Source: Lophium mytilinum (Eukaryota). From it: DNA of 64,000 nt. The position numbers and the translations under genes are program-made. Below the pieces are notes generated by a model. It was not told the DNA's origin. It saw nothing but the letters and a program-made list of their open reading frames with translations, and made no database searches. The stretch's first letter is position 1; the number at the start of each line of letters is the position of its first letter. The DNA is taken from positions 1,038,816 through 1,102,815 of the forward strand of contig MU004191.1 of the NCBI GenBank assembly GCA_010093605.1, written 5' to 3'. Positions 39,031 through 52,704 of this stretch are shown here, piece by piece.

Positions 39031-39846
39031 ATGAGCATATATATCAACCCAAACATGAACAGCCGAACCCTCGAATCTCTAGGTCCAACCGACCTCCCAA
39101 CGGATGACCATGAGCACGATCACGAAGAGCTTCCCCACTACGAACCGCATTCGCCACCCGTCTACGAGCGCCGCGATTCCAGCATGTCCTCGGTCCCCAA
39201 GATATCCTACCACCTGCGCCAAATCAGCAAGAAGGTGCAAATCCTCGTCCCCTTCGGCCCCACCCACGCTCCCTTATACAAGATCGTGTCGCGCGGCGCG
39301 CCCAGCTTCCTGTCGAAGAAGTCGGAGATGACGCTGCGGCGCGTGCAGCGGGGCTCGGTGGAAGCGTTAGAGGGCGACGAGGTGGCGAACATCGATTTCG
39401 ATAACAACGGCCCGCTGCCGTGGTGTCCGCGGGCGAAGATTGCGTGCGGGTCGACGCGGTATAGCATGGAGGCGAGGAATTTTGCGGATTGGAAGATCCC
39501 GATGGGGGAAGGGCGATCGGCGTTTTACTGGCGGCTAGATGACCGACCTGTTTCTTTGGCATTTGTGGAGGGGTCGTCGGGGGTGGTGTTTGCGCGCTTT
39601 ACATATAGCGAATGTGGGACTGTTGCGGCGAATGGCGCGGAGGTGGGCGAGTTGGTGATCTTTCGGGATGGGTTTCTGGGAGATGGGAGCGAGGTGGAGA
39701 TGATTGCAAGTAGCTGTGTGATTGCGATCACGCATTTTAAGAAGATGGGGAGGCATTATCGGAATGAGAAGGGGGGGCTTGGGTTGTTGATGGGGAGAGC
39801 GCAATTACCTCTGGATGCGACGCCGTTTGGGAATATCAATTACTAG
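39031..39846 (+). CDS. Hypothetical protein, 271 aa (may start at 39055)
   Basis: Uninterrupted ORF with coding-like composition. Has N-terminal LPHY/PPVY motifs followed by a globular beta-rich-looking region. Confidence 0.65.
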   Translation: MSIYINPNMNSRTLESLGPTDLPTDDHEHDHEELPHYEPHSPPVYERRDSSMSSVPKISYHLRQISKKVQILVPFGPTHAPLYKIVSRGAPSFLSKKSEMTLRRVQRGSVEALEGDEVANIDFDNNGPLPWCPRAKIACGSTRYSMEARNFADWKIPMGEGRSAFYWRLDDRPVSLAFVEGSSGVVFARFTYSECGTVAANGAEVGELVIFRDGFLGDGSEVEMIASSCVIAITHFKKMGRHYRNEKGGLGLLMGRAQLPLDATPFGNINY

Positions 39847-41402
39847 GGGTGTGATGGTAGCATAACGTGACTGGGGAGAGAGGGCCTCGAGTAGTACCAA
39901 GAGGAGGCATATTCCAGATGTTGGATTGTTGTATTGAGCTCGAAGCGGACATATTTTCACCTTCTATTATTTGCTGTCGGGTGGTTGGCCCCTTGGACTG
40001 TTTTTACCAGCATGCATACCTCCAACCTAGAGCAGCACTCGTTAAAACAAGCATCTATCCATCGAGTTCTTGCCGAGTTCATCCAAGACATTCCCTATTC
40101 TGCGTTTTTGACAGCGATCAAAGGATTGCTCGTGTTTCTCCTACATGTCTCGGGGCCCGCTCTATCATTAACCGGGAGCGGATCGGTCCGCAGACGAGGA
40201 ATGAGTTCATATGCGAAGGCGTGAGCCTAGCACACAGTGGCCGTCGTCGAGAAGGGAGTGTGTTGTGTTGAGCTTGTTCATCGTCGAAACTTTAGTATGT
40301 TGTGCTGAGCTTGCTGGTCGCGATACTTTGATATGAACCTCTCGCGAGTCCAAGGTACTATGTAGAGGCCGCACCTCGGCGTGCGCATTGCGTGAGCTGA
40401 TCACGGCCCGCTTTTCGACGAGGATAAAGTTCGAGACCGCTCAGCGTCCAGGGTATCGTGTTCCAGACGAGCCGCGATGATCGCAGCGACTCGTTTCGCC
40501 CATCCATCGGCACGCGTGGGGCCTCTCCCACACTCCCGTCCCCAGAGACGCCCGAGACAGGCAGTCGGCATGCTGGGCGTGCAACACAGCCGGCTAAGTA
40601 TTACTGCTTGAAAGCGTCGCGGAACAGGGCCCTGGAGAACTTGAAAGGCTCGTTGCTCGGCCGGGTTGCGCGCAATGCATGCGACTGCACCCCAGTACGG
40701 GCCGATGCAGCATCGTGAAGAATGCCATGGCAGGCGAGCATCGAAGATGGCGTGGATGGCTATCTCCACGCCCGGATCTCGGGGTGCTCAGGGTGCTCAG
40801 GGTCGACAGGCAATGCCAGTGGAGAAGGCTGCAGCGCCTCTGCTAGGGGCCGGCGCAGAGGAAATTAACGGCCGCCAGATGTCAAGCTTCATGTTCAACT
40901 GGCTATAACGCCCGTCACGTTAGAGGCCGCTGTCTGACAGCTGCATCGCGACTCCACAGCTCGTACTGCCTGGCCCTTCACCGATTATCCTTCAGACCTT
41001 TGCAGGCGGCGACGGGCTCCTCGTCACTGTGACAAGCTCAAAGTCTGTCTTTCACGCGTCCCCGGCCTGTTTCTGCTTTCTCAGCCCTCGCCTGACGCTT
41101 CTGGCCTAGCCAAACGCCACCCCGAGTCGGCATATTGCCTCCCAGCCAGCAGACAGCCGTGTCTTGGAGGAGTCCTCTGAACCATCCCATCGTGAACAAG
41201 CCGTGACCTGTACTGAGACCCGCCCTCACCACTCGAGAGGAATGGGAAGTGCGACGGTCTCCGCTCCTCGACCACCCCATCTCGCCTCCATCTCGACGCC
41301 CCGAAGAGACCGACCACAGAGGCCGTCGCCGCGACCATCCGCGCCGCTGGCTCCGCTGGCTGCCTTTCTCTCGGCCCCCTCGAGGTCGCCCGAATGGTCA
41401 AG

Positions 41403-44400
41403 ATGCGGATTCCTATCCGGGAGCAATTGGGATGCTTGGTGTTGCTAGCCTCGCTGATCGGCCTTGCAGTCATTGCCATTGCGACTTGGGTAACTTTTCC
41501 TTGCGCTCTACGTAGAGCCTCCGAACACAGTAGTCTTTCACTAACGTGATATCTCAAAGGTCACGAATCACAGTTTCGTTCTAGACATACGGTCAGTACA
41601 CTCGCCCAGTCCAGTGGCCTCGCTCTAACACTGTCCTAGGGCATCCCGTCTCGCGCTGACTGCGTCCTTGAAGGCTGCCCAGCTGTCCTCGAATTTCCTT
41701 CTTATGCAGTCGAGCGTTAAATCTACAGCGACCCGAGTCCTGATCCAAAGCGCACTCTTGCGATACAACGATGGCAACACATCGGATTCGAACTGGGTGC
41801 GCTCCACCGCCGATCTCCAGGCTGTCTTCCAAGGCGACCAGCAGGCCGCGCTGCTCCTGCAAGCGCAGATTTTCCCAATAAACTCGTCGAAATCTGTAAT
41901 GAATGCAACGGCGCCTTCCGTATTCAGTCTTCCATTACCGTACAAGGCACCCAACGGTACGACTGCTGTCTTAGGGGACATATACGGCTTCGTACCAGAA
42001 CTATATCCGACCTTTGACTTCACCGAACAACGAATCAATTCGAGCTACAACCAGACGACTGCCTCATTTGGCGGCCGAGTTGTCAATGCAGACAATTACT
42101 TGCTCCTAGGCCCGTACAGTATCAACGAAACATTTTCCCTGGTGTCCATTACAATGCCCATCATAAACAACACTTCTGCCATTGACATTTTGGGTTGGCT
42201 TACGGTTGTCATGGACGGCAGGCTTATCAGAGGCGTTGTGACTGCTATGGAGGGTCTGGACGACACCGGAGTCACAATGCTGATTGGGCCTAATAACGTG
42301 ACGAACAAATTCCCGGACGGAGTCCTATACACTTCTAACGATGGCCACCCACCCGCAGATGAACAAGTCAATTTCGTATTACCGCCTACCAACCGAACTG
42401 AGATGACGAATAGGCATCCAGATCACTCATTTGGGTCGCCAAACAAGCCTTTTGATTACACCCAGTATCAAGCCGTGCATCGGGCAATTACCAAAAGCTC
42501 GGGGGCTACCAACAACGCTGGTAGCATGATATCAACCAAGAACGAAGAAGGCGACAACGTTGCAGCTGGCTACGCTATTGTCAATACAAGTCTCGTGGAT
42601 TGGGTTGTCATCGTAGAGCAGTCTCATGCTGAGGTATGGGAGCCAATCGTCCACCTTCGCAAGGTTATCATAGCTTGCGTGTTTGGGACAATGGGCGGTA
42701 TGATTCTCCTCGCATTCCCCGTCGCTCACATGTCCAGCCGTCCCATCAGACGGCTGCGGGACGCAACGAAGAAGTCAGTTGCACCTCCAGGGTTTTCCGA
42801 CACTGGAAGTCTCAACACACACGACGGTACCGACGATGACCACGATGAAGCGCTAGCACGAAAAGAAGGGTTCTTTGGCCGAGTCAAGACTTACACACGC
42901 GGTGGAAGGAAGACGAAAGCGGAGCGCAAGGAGGAAGAACGGCGACGCCAATTCCGGATTCCTGGGAAAGTCAAGGATCGCAAACACTTCATCCATGATG
43001 AATTGACCGACTTGACTCAAACGTTCAACGAAATGTCCGATGAGCTCATGATGCAGTATGAGAAACTAGAAGAGAGAGTGCAGCAGCGTACGGCCGAGTT
43101 GGAGCTCAGTAAAAAGGCTGCGGAGGCTGCGAATGAGAGCAAGACTCTGTTCATTGCAAACATATCGCATGAGCTGAAAACACCACTCAACGGCATTCTA
43201 GGCATGTGCGCCGTGTGCATGTCCGAAGACGACCCGGTAAAATTGAAGCGTTCATTGGGGATTATTTACAAAAGTGGAGACTTGTTACTTAATCTGCTGA
43301 CTGATCTATTGACGTTCAGGTAAGTACATTGAGCTGAAAGAAGTGGTAAGTCTGCACTTTGGCTAATCATTCTTAGTAAAAACCAAGTCGGGCAGCAGCT
43401 TTCTCTCGACGAAAAAGAGTTCCGCTTGCGGGACATCAGTTCCCAAGTTCTCGCCATCTTCGACAAGCAAGCCAAGGAGGGTGGTATCACATTCCGGGTG
43501 AAGTTTGAGGGTCCGATCGACGCCAACCTCGACGATCAAAATAAACCGTCCGAAACGACCGATCTCGCACCGTACGGTCTTGGGCGCATAAAAGATATGA
43601 TTTTGTGGGGCGATCAGCACAGGATCCTCCAGGTGGTGATCAATTTGGTATCCAACAGTCTCAAATTCACGCCACCGGGTGGATCTGTGACAATGAGGAT
43701 ACGATGCACTGGCGAGGCTACCGTGTCTGACGGCAGCCGGAAGGGGTCCATGCAGTCCAGACAGAGTTCTATGCGGCAATCAAGAACACGAATGCGAGGC
43801 TCCTCCGAAAATTCAGTTTCGATAAAGACGCCCAACAACATGGACACGGCTAACACCATCAATGCTTACGACAAGCCGAGTGTATACGCTTCGATCATGG
43901 CGCAGGAAAGGGCCGCGACACCGCCTCCAGGTCGCTGGCTTCAATTTGAGTTCGAGGTTCAGGATAGTGGGCCAGGTATTCCGGAACATCTTCAAGACAA
44001 GATCTTCGAGCCATTCGTCCAAGGAGATTTGGGACTCTCTAAGAAATTTGGTGGGACAGGGCTTGGATTGAGCATCTGCTCCCAACTGGCCGGCCTCATG
44101 AAAGGATCCGTAGGCGTCAAGAGCGAGGTCGGGACTGGGAGCATTTTTACCATGCAAATCCCGTTAAGACATCTCAACAGCCGGGCTGACAGCACGGCAA
44201 GCTCGACCAATGTAAACTTTGCCGAAGGCATCTTAACAAGAGCGTCGTCACTAGAAGAGGGAAGGAGTCGAGCCGACGCCATTGTGGATGATGCAAGGTC
44301 TGGTCGCTCTGTTCAATCGGCAGTCAGTACTCCTGGAGCACCCGCTGTGTTTGAAACAGATTCCAAACCACGGCTAGTCGGTCTCAGTCATCCGTTCTTC

Positions 44401-45215
44401 GCATCGAACCCGCCATTAGAATCCCCAAATTCCCAAATTGCCGCTATGGAACGGATAGCCGCTGACGCGTCTAAAAGGGGTGACAAGGTCAGGGTGCTCG
44501 TCGCTGAGGACAACAAAACGAACCAAGAAGTCGTGCTGCGGATGCTGAAGTTAGAGGACATCTATGACGTTACTGTTGCCAAAGGTATGTTCACGATCAT
44601 GCGTCTCATGGTGAGCTCCAATTCTGACCTGGTACAGATGGGCAAGAGGCTCTCGACAGAGTTAAGGAGAGCATGGAAAATTCCAATCCGTACAACTTGA
44701 TCTTCATGGATGTTCAGGTAAGCTCCGCAGGCTGATTGTACGATGTGATTCCAACTAACCTTTGACTAGATGCCTAACCTCGACGGTCTTCAGTCCACTC
44801 GATTGATACGGCAATCCGGCTTCTCAGCGCCTATAGTTGCTCTCACAGCGTACGCAGAGGAGAGCAATGTGAAGGTAAGCTACCACAACCTATTGGTGAG
44901 ATATCATTTAACAAGCGACAGGAATGTCTTGACTCCGGCATGGACTTCTTCCTCGCCAAACCCATCCGACGGCCAGCTCTAAAACATGTGCTAAAGACAT
45001 ACTGTCCTCCTATACCGGAAGAAGAAGGCGAAATCATTACACCATCAGTGAAGGAGTCTTCATCCAAGGCTAACGACAAAAGGCCTTGGTCCCAGTCAAA
45101 AGTGTCAGCTAGCACGACAGCGACCAATGCTACTACTTCTGCCACTGTCTCCTCCAGCGCGGAAGAGTCGCCTGCTGTGTCGCCTATGACAAATCCAGGA
45201 CGACCGATGGGGTAG
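41403..45215 (+). CDS. SLN1: Transmembrane hybrid histidine kinase, Sln1/TcsB type (group VI), 7 exons
   Basis: Exons 41403-41489, 41560-41591, 41640-43319, 43377-44584, 44638-44717, 44770-44874, 44922-45215. N-terminal TM, extracellular region and second TM, then H-box [16 protein letters not shown]-box [23 protein letters not shown] and receiver VAEDN..FMDVQMP. Confidence 0.92.
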
Positions 45216-46202
45216 ATCAACGATAGACTGCAGCACGTTTTTTCTTCGCACGCCACCCAACCCACACTCACCTATACATGCATACCCCCCCGGTGGTACA
45301 TTCCAGCCAGAATACGGCCCTCGGGTACCACTGCATCACCCTCTACTATTGTAATTGCGTTCAGAGCGACCTATCTCTCTCTCTCTCATACCCACACTAC
45401 TGGGCTGCTCCTCTCCAAATTCCCTTTCAGTCGAAAACTTTCTTTGCTGTCAAATGTTCCTTGAACTGTACTTTGTTCGCCCCACGCGGCATCTGGGGTC
45501 TTTGGGGGTGGAAATAACGGAAAGCATGGCGCTGACGGGGCGCATTGGACTGGGCGCTCTTGGCGGAGTATTTATTTTCTTTGTTCTCACGGAAACTCTC
45601 GAAGAAGGGGGATTCCCTCCTTTGAAAATAAAACGGGTGTTGAGGCGTTTGTGTTTCAGAGATGCTAAGCGATTTGCAATTTTTGGCTCTGGCTTTGGCC
45701 GCGGCTTTTTGGGGGGGGCATTGATTCATAAACGCATACGATGGGTGATCTTTTCTTTTGGGTGTTTACATAGTCGGGACAAGAGAGCGGAGGCGGGCGG
45801 GACGAGATGGCATGGTCTATCTCGTCGCATGATCTTTCTATCCTCTTGTCCTTAATGCGGTGGACGGCTCGATGGGGCCGGACGTGGGGGAACTAGGTTG
45901 AGGGATCTAGACAAAGACAACAATGATGGCTGGAGACAGGGTGCTGTCTTCGCTGTTTTCGAGAGATATCGGCTCTGCGAAGTGATTCTGGAGTCCCTCG
46001 ACTGCTGGCTTAGCGACATGAAAGTCCGCGCTCTTGCTTATCTATCTTGTCTCTCTCTCTCTGATTTTCGAGGCCGTGACGAGAGCATCACCGCCGCCGT
46101 TGGGCCAACCCAAAGAGAATACTCCACCAGCATTCTCTCCGACCACAATCTACGCCCCCGATTTGAAACTACACGTACCATATACACGCTCCCCACTCTC
46201 TT

Positions 46203-46814
46203 CTACCTCCCAAACAACCCCCCAAGCAAACTCCCTCCCGCACCACCTTTTCCCCCTCTCCTCGCCTCACCCTCCAACCACTCCCTCAACCTCTCCCGAT
46301 CCTTCATCTCCTCCGGCCGCGTCAGCTTCGTCTCCACCTGCGCCTCCCCCCGACTAAACGCCAGCAGCGTCGGCATCGAATTAATCTACCCCCAAAAACG
46401 CAATTAGCCCTCCTCGCAACCCCCCAAAAAACCAACCCCTATATGACTAAACAAGCCACTCACCATATAATCAACGCCTAATGTCCCAATCTCAACGCTA
46501 TCCAACTCCACCTCCGCAAACCCCAGCCCGCCCTGCGCCTCCCCCACCCCCTCGGTTTCTAGCAATTCTTTGAGCACGGGGCGCACGGCCGCGCACGCGC
46601 TGCACCATGACGCGCTCCATAGCGTGATTAGCGGCACGTTGCTGGAGGCGGAGAGGAGGAGGAGGGTGTGCAGTTCGTCGGGGCGGCGGATGTTGGCGTA
46701 GAGGCGGTTTTTCGCGAGAGCGGCGGGGGAGGTGGTGAAGGCGCGGTGGCGTTGGGCGAGAGGGCGGCGGTAGGAGAGGGAGAGGGAGAGGGAGAGAGGG
46801 CGGGGGGAGCGCAT
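46203..46814 (-). CDS. Thioredoxin-fold protein with probable mitochondrial presequence, 2 exons
   Basis: Exons 46814-46464 and 46385-46203. WSASWCSAC CXXC motif, cis-Pro motif INSMPTLLAF, and an Arg-rich acid-free N-terminus ending RHRAFTTS. Confidence 0.85.
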
Positions 46815-47663
46815 TGAGGCGGCGGGTTGGGGGGGTTTGGAGAGGGAGTTGTGGGTTGAGGGATGGTGGATGCGGGGCGAAGGTATGCGATAGTCTTGTC
46901 TTCGAAGAATTGAAGCGGGAGCAAGGCGATGCTGGGTGGAGATTCGAGCAGTGTGGGATTGTGGGGAGAGAAGAGGAGAATTGGTTGTGGTGTTGTTTGA
47001 GCTATGAAAGTGCGCTTGGGTTCGTGATCGAACGACGTCAGAGCTTCGGGAGCTTGAGATCTGCGGCAGGGTGGTTGCAGTTAATCTTCTTCATACGATT
47101 CGTTTGCGTACCTTTTACCACCTGTGCGCCCTAGGAAGCCAGTTTCAACTCCGAACAAATGTCAGTAGGATTTACTGCGTAGTTGACGTCGTGTTGTCTA
47201 CTGATTCACTTCATTCATACTTCGTCTCTAGCGGTAGATAGTCCTCAAGAAGAAGGCCCACAATGCTTTGATATCTAAAGCATAGCACCCGGAGCTTACT
47301 AGCTTCAAACTCTATGATCTAGGAAAATATTAGTCACTGATGTTTCAGATGTCCAGGATCAAGCTATATGTGTCACGTGATCTTCACCTAGTTGTACATG
47401 AGTAGTGGCTTTCCTACCGACCTCAGAAGTTAGTTCCGTGCATAGTTAGTTACACTGCTAGAGAATTAAGCCAGCACGACCGTAAGACGACAGGAATGAT
47501 TGAGGCTGTTAAGTAGATTGAGTTCGCAATGCTATAATGAAAACTAGACGACTTTTATCAACCACCCTCTAAAAGCCACCACTGCCTGCCCATGTACGCC
47601 AGAATGCTCTTAAATATTTACAGAAACGACCGAAGAGTATGCACAAACCCCCTATAAGCCCTC

Positions 47664-50600
47664 TCACTCCTCATCGCTCTCCACCTCCGCCGTATCATCA
47701 TGGAACGTCTTGCCCTCAGTAGTAGGCTTAATCATCCCAACCCTGATGCAGAAGTCGCCGAACCGCTCTCCCTCATTCCGCTCGATCGCGTACCGCTTCA
47801 GCAGCGGCTTCATGATGTCCAGAATCTCTTCTTCTTTGATGGAGCTCCGGTAAAGCTTGTTTAGGCGGTGCCCGTGGTAGCCACCGCCGAGGTACATGTT
47901 GTACGCACCAAACGCCTTGCCGACGAAAGCGACTTCTGCGAGCCATGGGCGAGCACAGCCGTTCGGACAACCCGTCATGCGCATGACAATACTGTCCTGG
48001 CGCAGGCCAGTTTCTTCTACCACGCCTTCGAGCTTGGTGATGAGTTCGGGTAGATAGCGCTCGCTCTCGGCCATGGCGAGACCGCAGGTGGGGAAGGCAA
48101 CGCAGGCGGAGGAGGAGAGGCGTAAGGCGGAGAAGTTTGTGTTGTCCAGCTTGTACTTGGCCATTAGATCCTTCATAGCGGGAAGGTCTGCGTCGGCGAC
48201 GTTTGAGAGTATGAGATGCTGGTTGCCTGTAAGACGGAACTCGCCCTTGTGCACCTTTGCGATCTCGATGAGGCCGGTCTTCATGGGGAAGTCGGCAGTG
48301 TCTTCAATGCGGCCGTTCTCAATGAAGAAGGTGAAATGGTTAAGACCGTGCTCGTCCTTTTGCCAGCCGAAGGTGTCGATGTTGCTGTCGAACTTGAAGG
48401 GCCGGGGTTCTTGGAACTTGTCGCCCCATAGTTCTTCGACCTTGCCCTTGAAGACATCGACGCCCATGTCGTCCATAGTGTACTTTAGACGGGCATGCTT
48501 ACGGTTCTTGCGGTCACCATGATCGCGCTGGACAAGCATGACCTTTTCGCATGCGATGTGTACGGTCTCCTTGGGCACGTAGCCAAGCATGCTGCCAGTA
48601 CGAGGATAAGTCTTCTTGTTATTATGGGTAACACCCATACCACCTCCAGCTAAGAGGTTGAATCCAACGAGGTGGCCGTCCGAGCCTTTAATGGCAATAA
48701 GGCCAATGTCGTGGGCATACACGTCGGTGTCGTTGTGTGGGGGGATCGCAATCGTGATCTTGAACTTTCGAGGGAGATACGTAGGGCCATAAAGCGGTTC
48801 GTGGTCAACAATAGCATTGCCAGCCACCTGTGTCTTCTCTTTCGTGTCTTCGTCCTTCAACCAGATCTCGTGATAGGCAGTTGTAGATGGTAGAAGGTGA
48901 TCACTGATCTTCTGCGAAACAGTATGGACTTCGGAGTGATACACAGACTGCTGTGGTAGGCTACTGCACATGACATTACGGTTAACGTCACCGCAGGCTG
49001 CGATGGTGGTCATCAGGGCTCTGTTGATAGCTTGCATGGCCGGTCGGAGCTTTCCTTTAACGACACCATGGAACTGGAATGTCTGCCGGGTGGTCAATTT
49101 CATTGTCTCGTTGCCCAGCTTTGTGCTGATCTCGTCCATTTGCAGCCATTGTTTGGGAGTAGCAACACCACCCGCAAGTCGGCATCGAATCATGAAAGAG
49201 TAGGCTGGCTCCAGTCCTTGTGCTTTCCTTTCGTCCCGAAGATCGCGGTCGTCTTGCATGTAGGTTCCGTGAAACTTAGTGAGCTGCTGATCAGGTGCTG
49301 AGATTGCGCCAGTAGATGTATCCTTGAGGCCCTCAGCGATAGTCCCTCGAAGGAAGTTCGACTCGATCTTGATGTCTTCGTTGGTAATTGGCGGTGGTTC
49401 ATCCGGAAGTCCCTCAACCTTGTCTACGCCCAACGCTTGCCATAATTTAGGTTCCCAGTCAGCGTATCCAGTTTGGTAGGCATCCGGATCTTGATCGTCT
49501 CCGAGACCGCACTCAGTCAACGGGGTTGCTCCCAGAGTTACGAATCTTGTATGGAGGTCTTTGCCAGGCTTGTTGTAGTAAATCTTGTCTTCCTTTCTTG
49601 GCCAGTAATGGCTGTCGCCGAGCGCGAAAATTGAGAAGTTCACAGTGCCTAAGTCGATATCCGTAGAGTCTCGGACGGTTTCCCAGAAAGTTCTTCCGTT
49701 TTGTGGAAATTCGCCCTGGCCTGCCGTGCTGGTGAGTATAACGACGTTCTGCTCGCTGGAAAGGTCCTCCAATGGATAGTCGTCCATTGCCATGGCTAGA
49801 GTCTTCAGGCCTCGCGCTTTACCGCGTCGGGCTAACCTCTTAGCAAGATTCTCAGCATTGCCGTTATCAGACGCAAACAGAACAGTCATTGGGTCCCCGG
49901 CAAGACCATCCAACAACTTGCTGTACGCGTCCTTTGCCTTCCTCTTCTGCAATTGTCGTACTTCGGAGCCGTACGATCCCGACAAGTTGGCGGAAAAGTC
50001 TGGATGGCGTTTCATGAGTTGAGAAAGGTAGTTGTCTCGTTTTAGGAACTCTTCCAATTCCTTCTTGATCCTCTCGGAATCAAGCTGGAAGTTTGGCTCG
50101 CCCTTCTCATCCCCTCGAGGGTTCCATCGGTAGAGTGGCCAGTAGCCAGAATCGATCGCCTTCTTCGTTTCTTGTAGCACTGTTATTGCGGAATGGTTTT
50201 CTTTCTCATATGGGAGGTAGGCGACAACCACCGAAGGCCCGTCAAATTTGTCGGCTTCAATCATGGCTTCCAGGACCTGGGTGTAGGAACCATAGACAGC
50301 AACAGACGCAACATATGCGTTTCCAAAGTTCATAGCGTATAGGCCAATATCCTTCTTTCTTCGTGCTGCATCCGCTGCCGCTCGTTCGGAATACGGCTGT
50401 GAATCGATGATGAGCATGTTGACATTCTCACCAGAAGCCAACACATGGTGAACACCGGAGTTGCCAAGGTCGTATGCCCAGGCATCGGATCCAATCAACC
50501 AAGGCGACTCTTTGTAGAATAGCCCCTTAGATGACAGTAGCTGGGAAGCGACTGGTGATCCATCGTTGCTGAGCCTAGAGATGACTTCTGTAGCCAACGC

Positions 50601-52434
50601 ACCCGCTTTCTCTTCATCGTCAGCAACAAGAGCCCATCGTGAAAGCCATTGCTGCGGAGCGTCTGTGATAAAGTCACGCGACTTGGCAGCAGCTTGGACT
50701 TCTTCAATGAATCGTTTCCGGTGCTCCTTTCTCGCTAGTAGCGACCCAAAGCCGTATTCAGGGCTCGAAGAAATCTCCGGTGAGATGCCGGCATGGGCTT
50801 TCCCCAACTGATTTGCAATAAGGAGTCGTTGGTCAAAAACCTGTTGAAGCATCTTCACATACGGGTTTTCGATTATAGGTTGCTCCAGCTTGGCTGGTCT
50901 TGGCCTGCCCTGGGGCCCATCAAGCTTTCCGATTTGAAGATTCTGAATGGGGGAGTCTGACAAGAGGTTTTGGAACACACCGCGCAGCGCCTGGCCTACA
51001 GTGCTTTGGTTGATATAACCCAATTGATGGCCTACAACAGTGGTTTGGTGAGGTCCTGTCGTCTTGAGCGACATCAGCAGATCTAAGAGAAGCGGGCCCC
51101 ATTTGGTGGTCTTGCGGCGGACTTGTTCCAACACGGCAATCTTCTTGAGTGATTTTGGGAGCGATTCAACCATGGCACGACCAAGCCATGGCCGATATAG
51201 CCTGACGGTGATGATGCCAGCACTTGCATATTGCTCTGTGGAAGGGGCCGAGTCGATCTCTTGAGCAAAGAGCGCAGTGTCGGCACCAAACAGAAGAAGA
51301 GCAGCCTCAGCCGTCGCCGGTCCTGTGTACTCAAAGGGAGTATATAGGCGGCTCGTGCTAGTGGATATGATACTCCAGATCGCGGTGGCAAATTGGAAAA
51401 TCTCGTCAGACGAGATTTGCTTGTGTTCCAGAGATTCAACAGATGTACCGGCTGATGAGGATTTGGCACTGGTAATGCTGCTCTCGCGTCTCGAAGAACC
51501 CTCAGAGGACTCTCGCGCGCTGGAACGATCAGGCAGAGTCAAAGTCTTGCCATCTGTTGCAGGGCTCACACGACCAGTAGGTTGGCCGATCGTTGTAGTG
51601 TTGGCTTGACTCCGAGGTAGTGACAGATGTGCCACTCGGCCGTCATCTGCGTACAGGCTCGATTCCCCAGATGGGGTGCTTTGGAATGCTTTGATAGCAC
51701 CCAAATCCAGCACCGAGTGTAACAGTTCTTCGCTTTCAACTGGTATGACTTTGCTCATAGCAATGCTCTCCGTGTCAAAGAAGTGTATGACACCCTTGCC
51801 GGATTTGATGGCAAGGGCTTGGGCAGTAATGGCAAGATCCTGCGCCTCCTGGAGGGTTTCAGACTGAATGAAGGTGAAGCCGGACTGTCTAATGGAAGTG
51901 ATGTCGGAATAGTCCGGGAAGCCCGAGGGCTGTACGGATACATGGATGACGACCGGGTATTGCGCCAGTTTGTAGAGGTGGGGTATAGACTTGACGAGGA
52001 TCGAGGAGGTGGAAGTGACTGAGACGAGTTTGCCCGACCGAATTGGTTGGAACACGGAGAGCAATGGGTCGGCATTGTACCGCACTGGGAGAATCTTGTA
52101 CGGTCAGTACATGGTAGTTTTAATTGGGACAGTAATCATGTACCTCTGGCTGCTTTGCTACCACGCCCGCCTTTTTGCTCGAGCTCAATGAACGTAGGAA
52201 GGGTGAAAATTCCGAGTCGGTAGCAAGAGAAGGCTGTACAGAAATAACTACGTCGCTCGCAGCATATGCAATTCGCGCCACTGGGTTGAGGATAAATTGT
52301 CAGTGAAATTCGTCGAAGTGATGGGCAGCATACCCGCGTCGCATCGCGGGTCAAGGGTAGTAACTGCGGGGCAACCAGAATCACTTACCAGCTTCGCCAG
52401 CAGAGGCAATGCTAGGAGCGGAAGTCCCCTCCAT
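47664..52434 (-). CDS. MET5: Assimilatory sulfite reductase beta subunit (hemoprotein with flavodoxin and PFOR-like N-terminal domains), ~1537 aa, 3 exons
   Basis: Exons 52434-52389, 52280-52144, 52094-47664. Contains GSDAWAYDLG, flavodoxin TVLFASDNGNAE and STAGQGEFP, LPRKFK, and siroheme/4Fe-4S ligands CVAFPTC and TGCPNGC. Confidence 0.96.
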
Positions 52435-52663
52435 GATGGCAATGGTGGGAGAAGAGTGATATGGGGAGAGAAGGAGGAGGAGGCGGCGGAGAGGAACAAT
52501 TGAAGACAAAGCAGTCAATGACACTTGTAACAAAATATTTTGCCCACCTGAGCGCGGTGTTCACGCCGATAAAGCTCCGAGGCGTGGAGACGAAGCCTTC
52601 CCGAGCACGCCATTTCGAAAGCACGGGGCCAGACCTCCAACGAGGTGAATGCAGTTGGTCAGC

Positions 52664-52704
52664 CTGTTGCGCATGGAAATAAGTGGCCTTTTTATGGCAC
52701 GGGC
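52664..52704 (+). repeat. Left terminal inverted repeat of the Tc1-like element
   Basis: CTGTTGCGCATGGAAATAAGTGGCCTTTTTATGGCACGGGC is the reverse complement of 54098-54138 with two transition mismatches. Confidence 0.93.
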
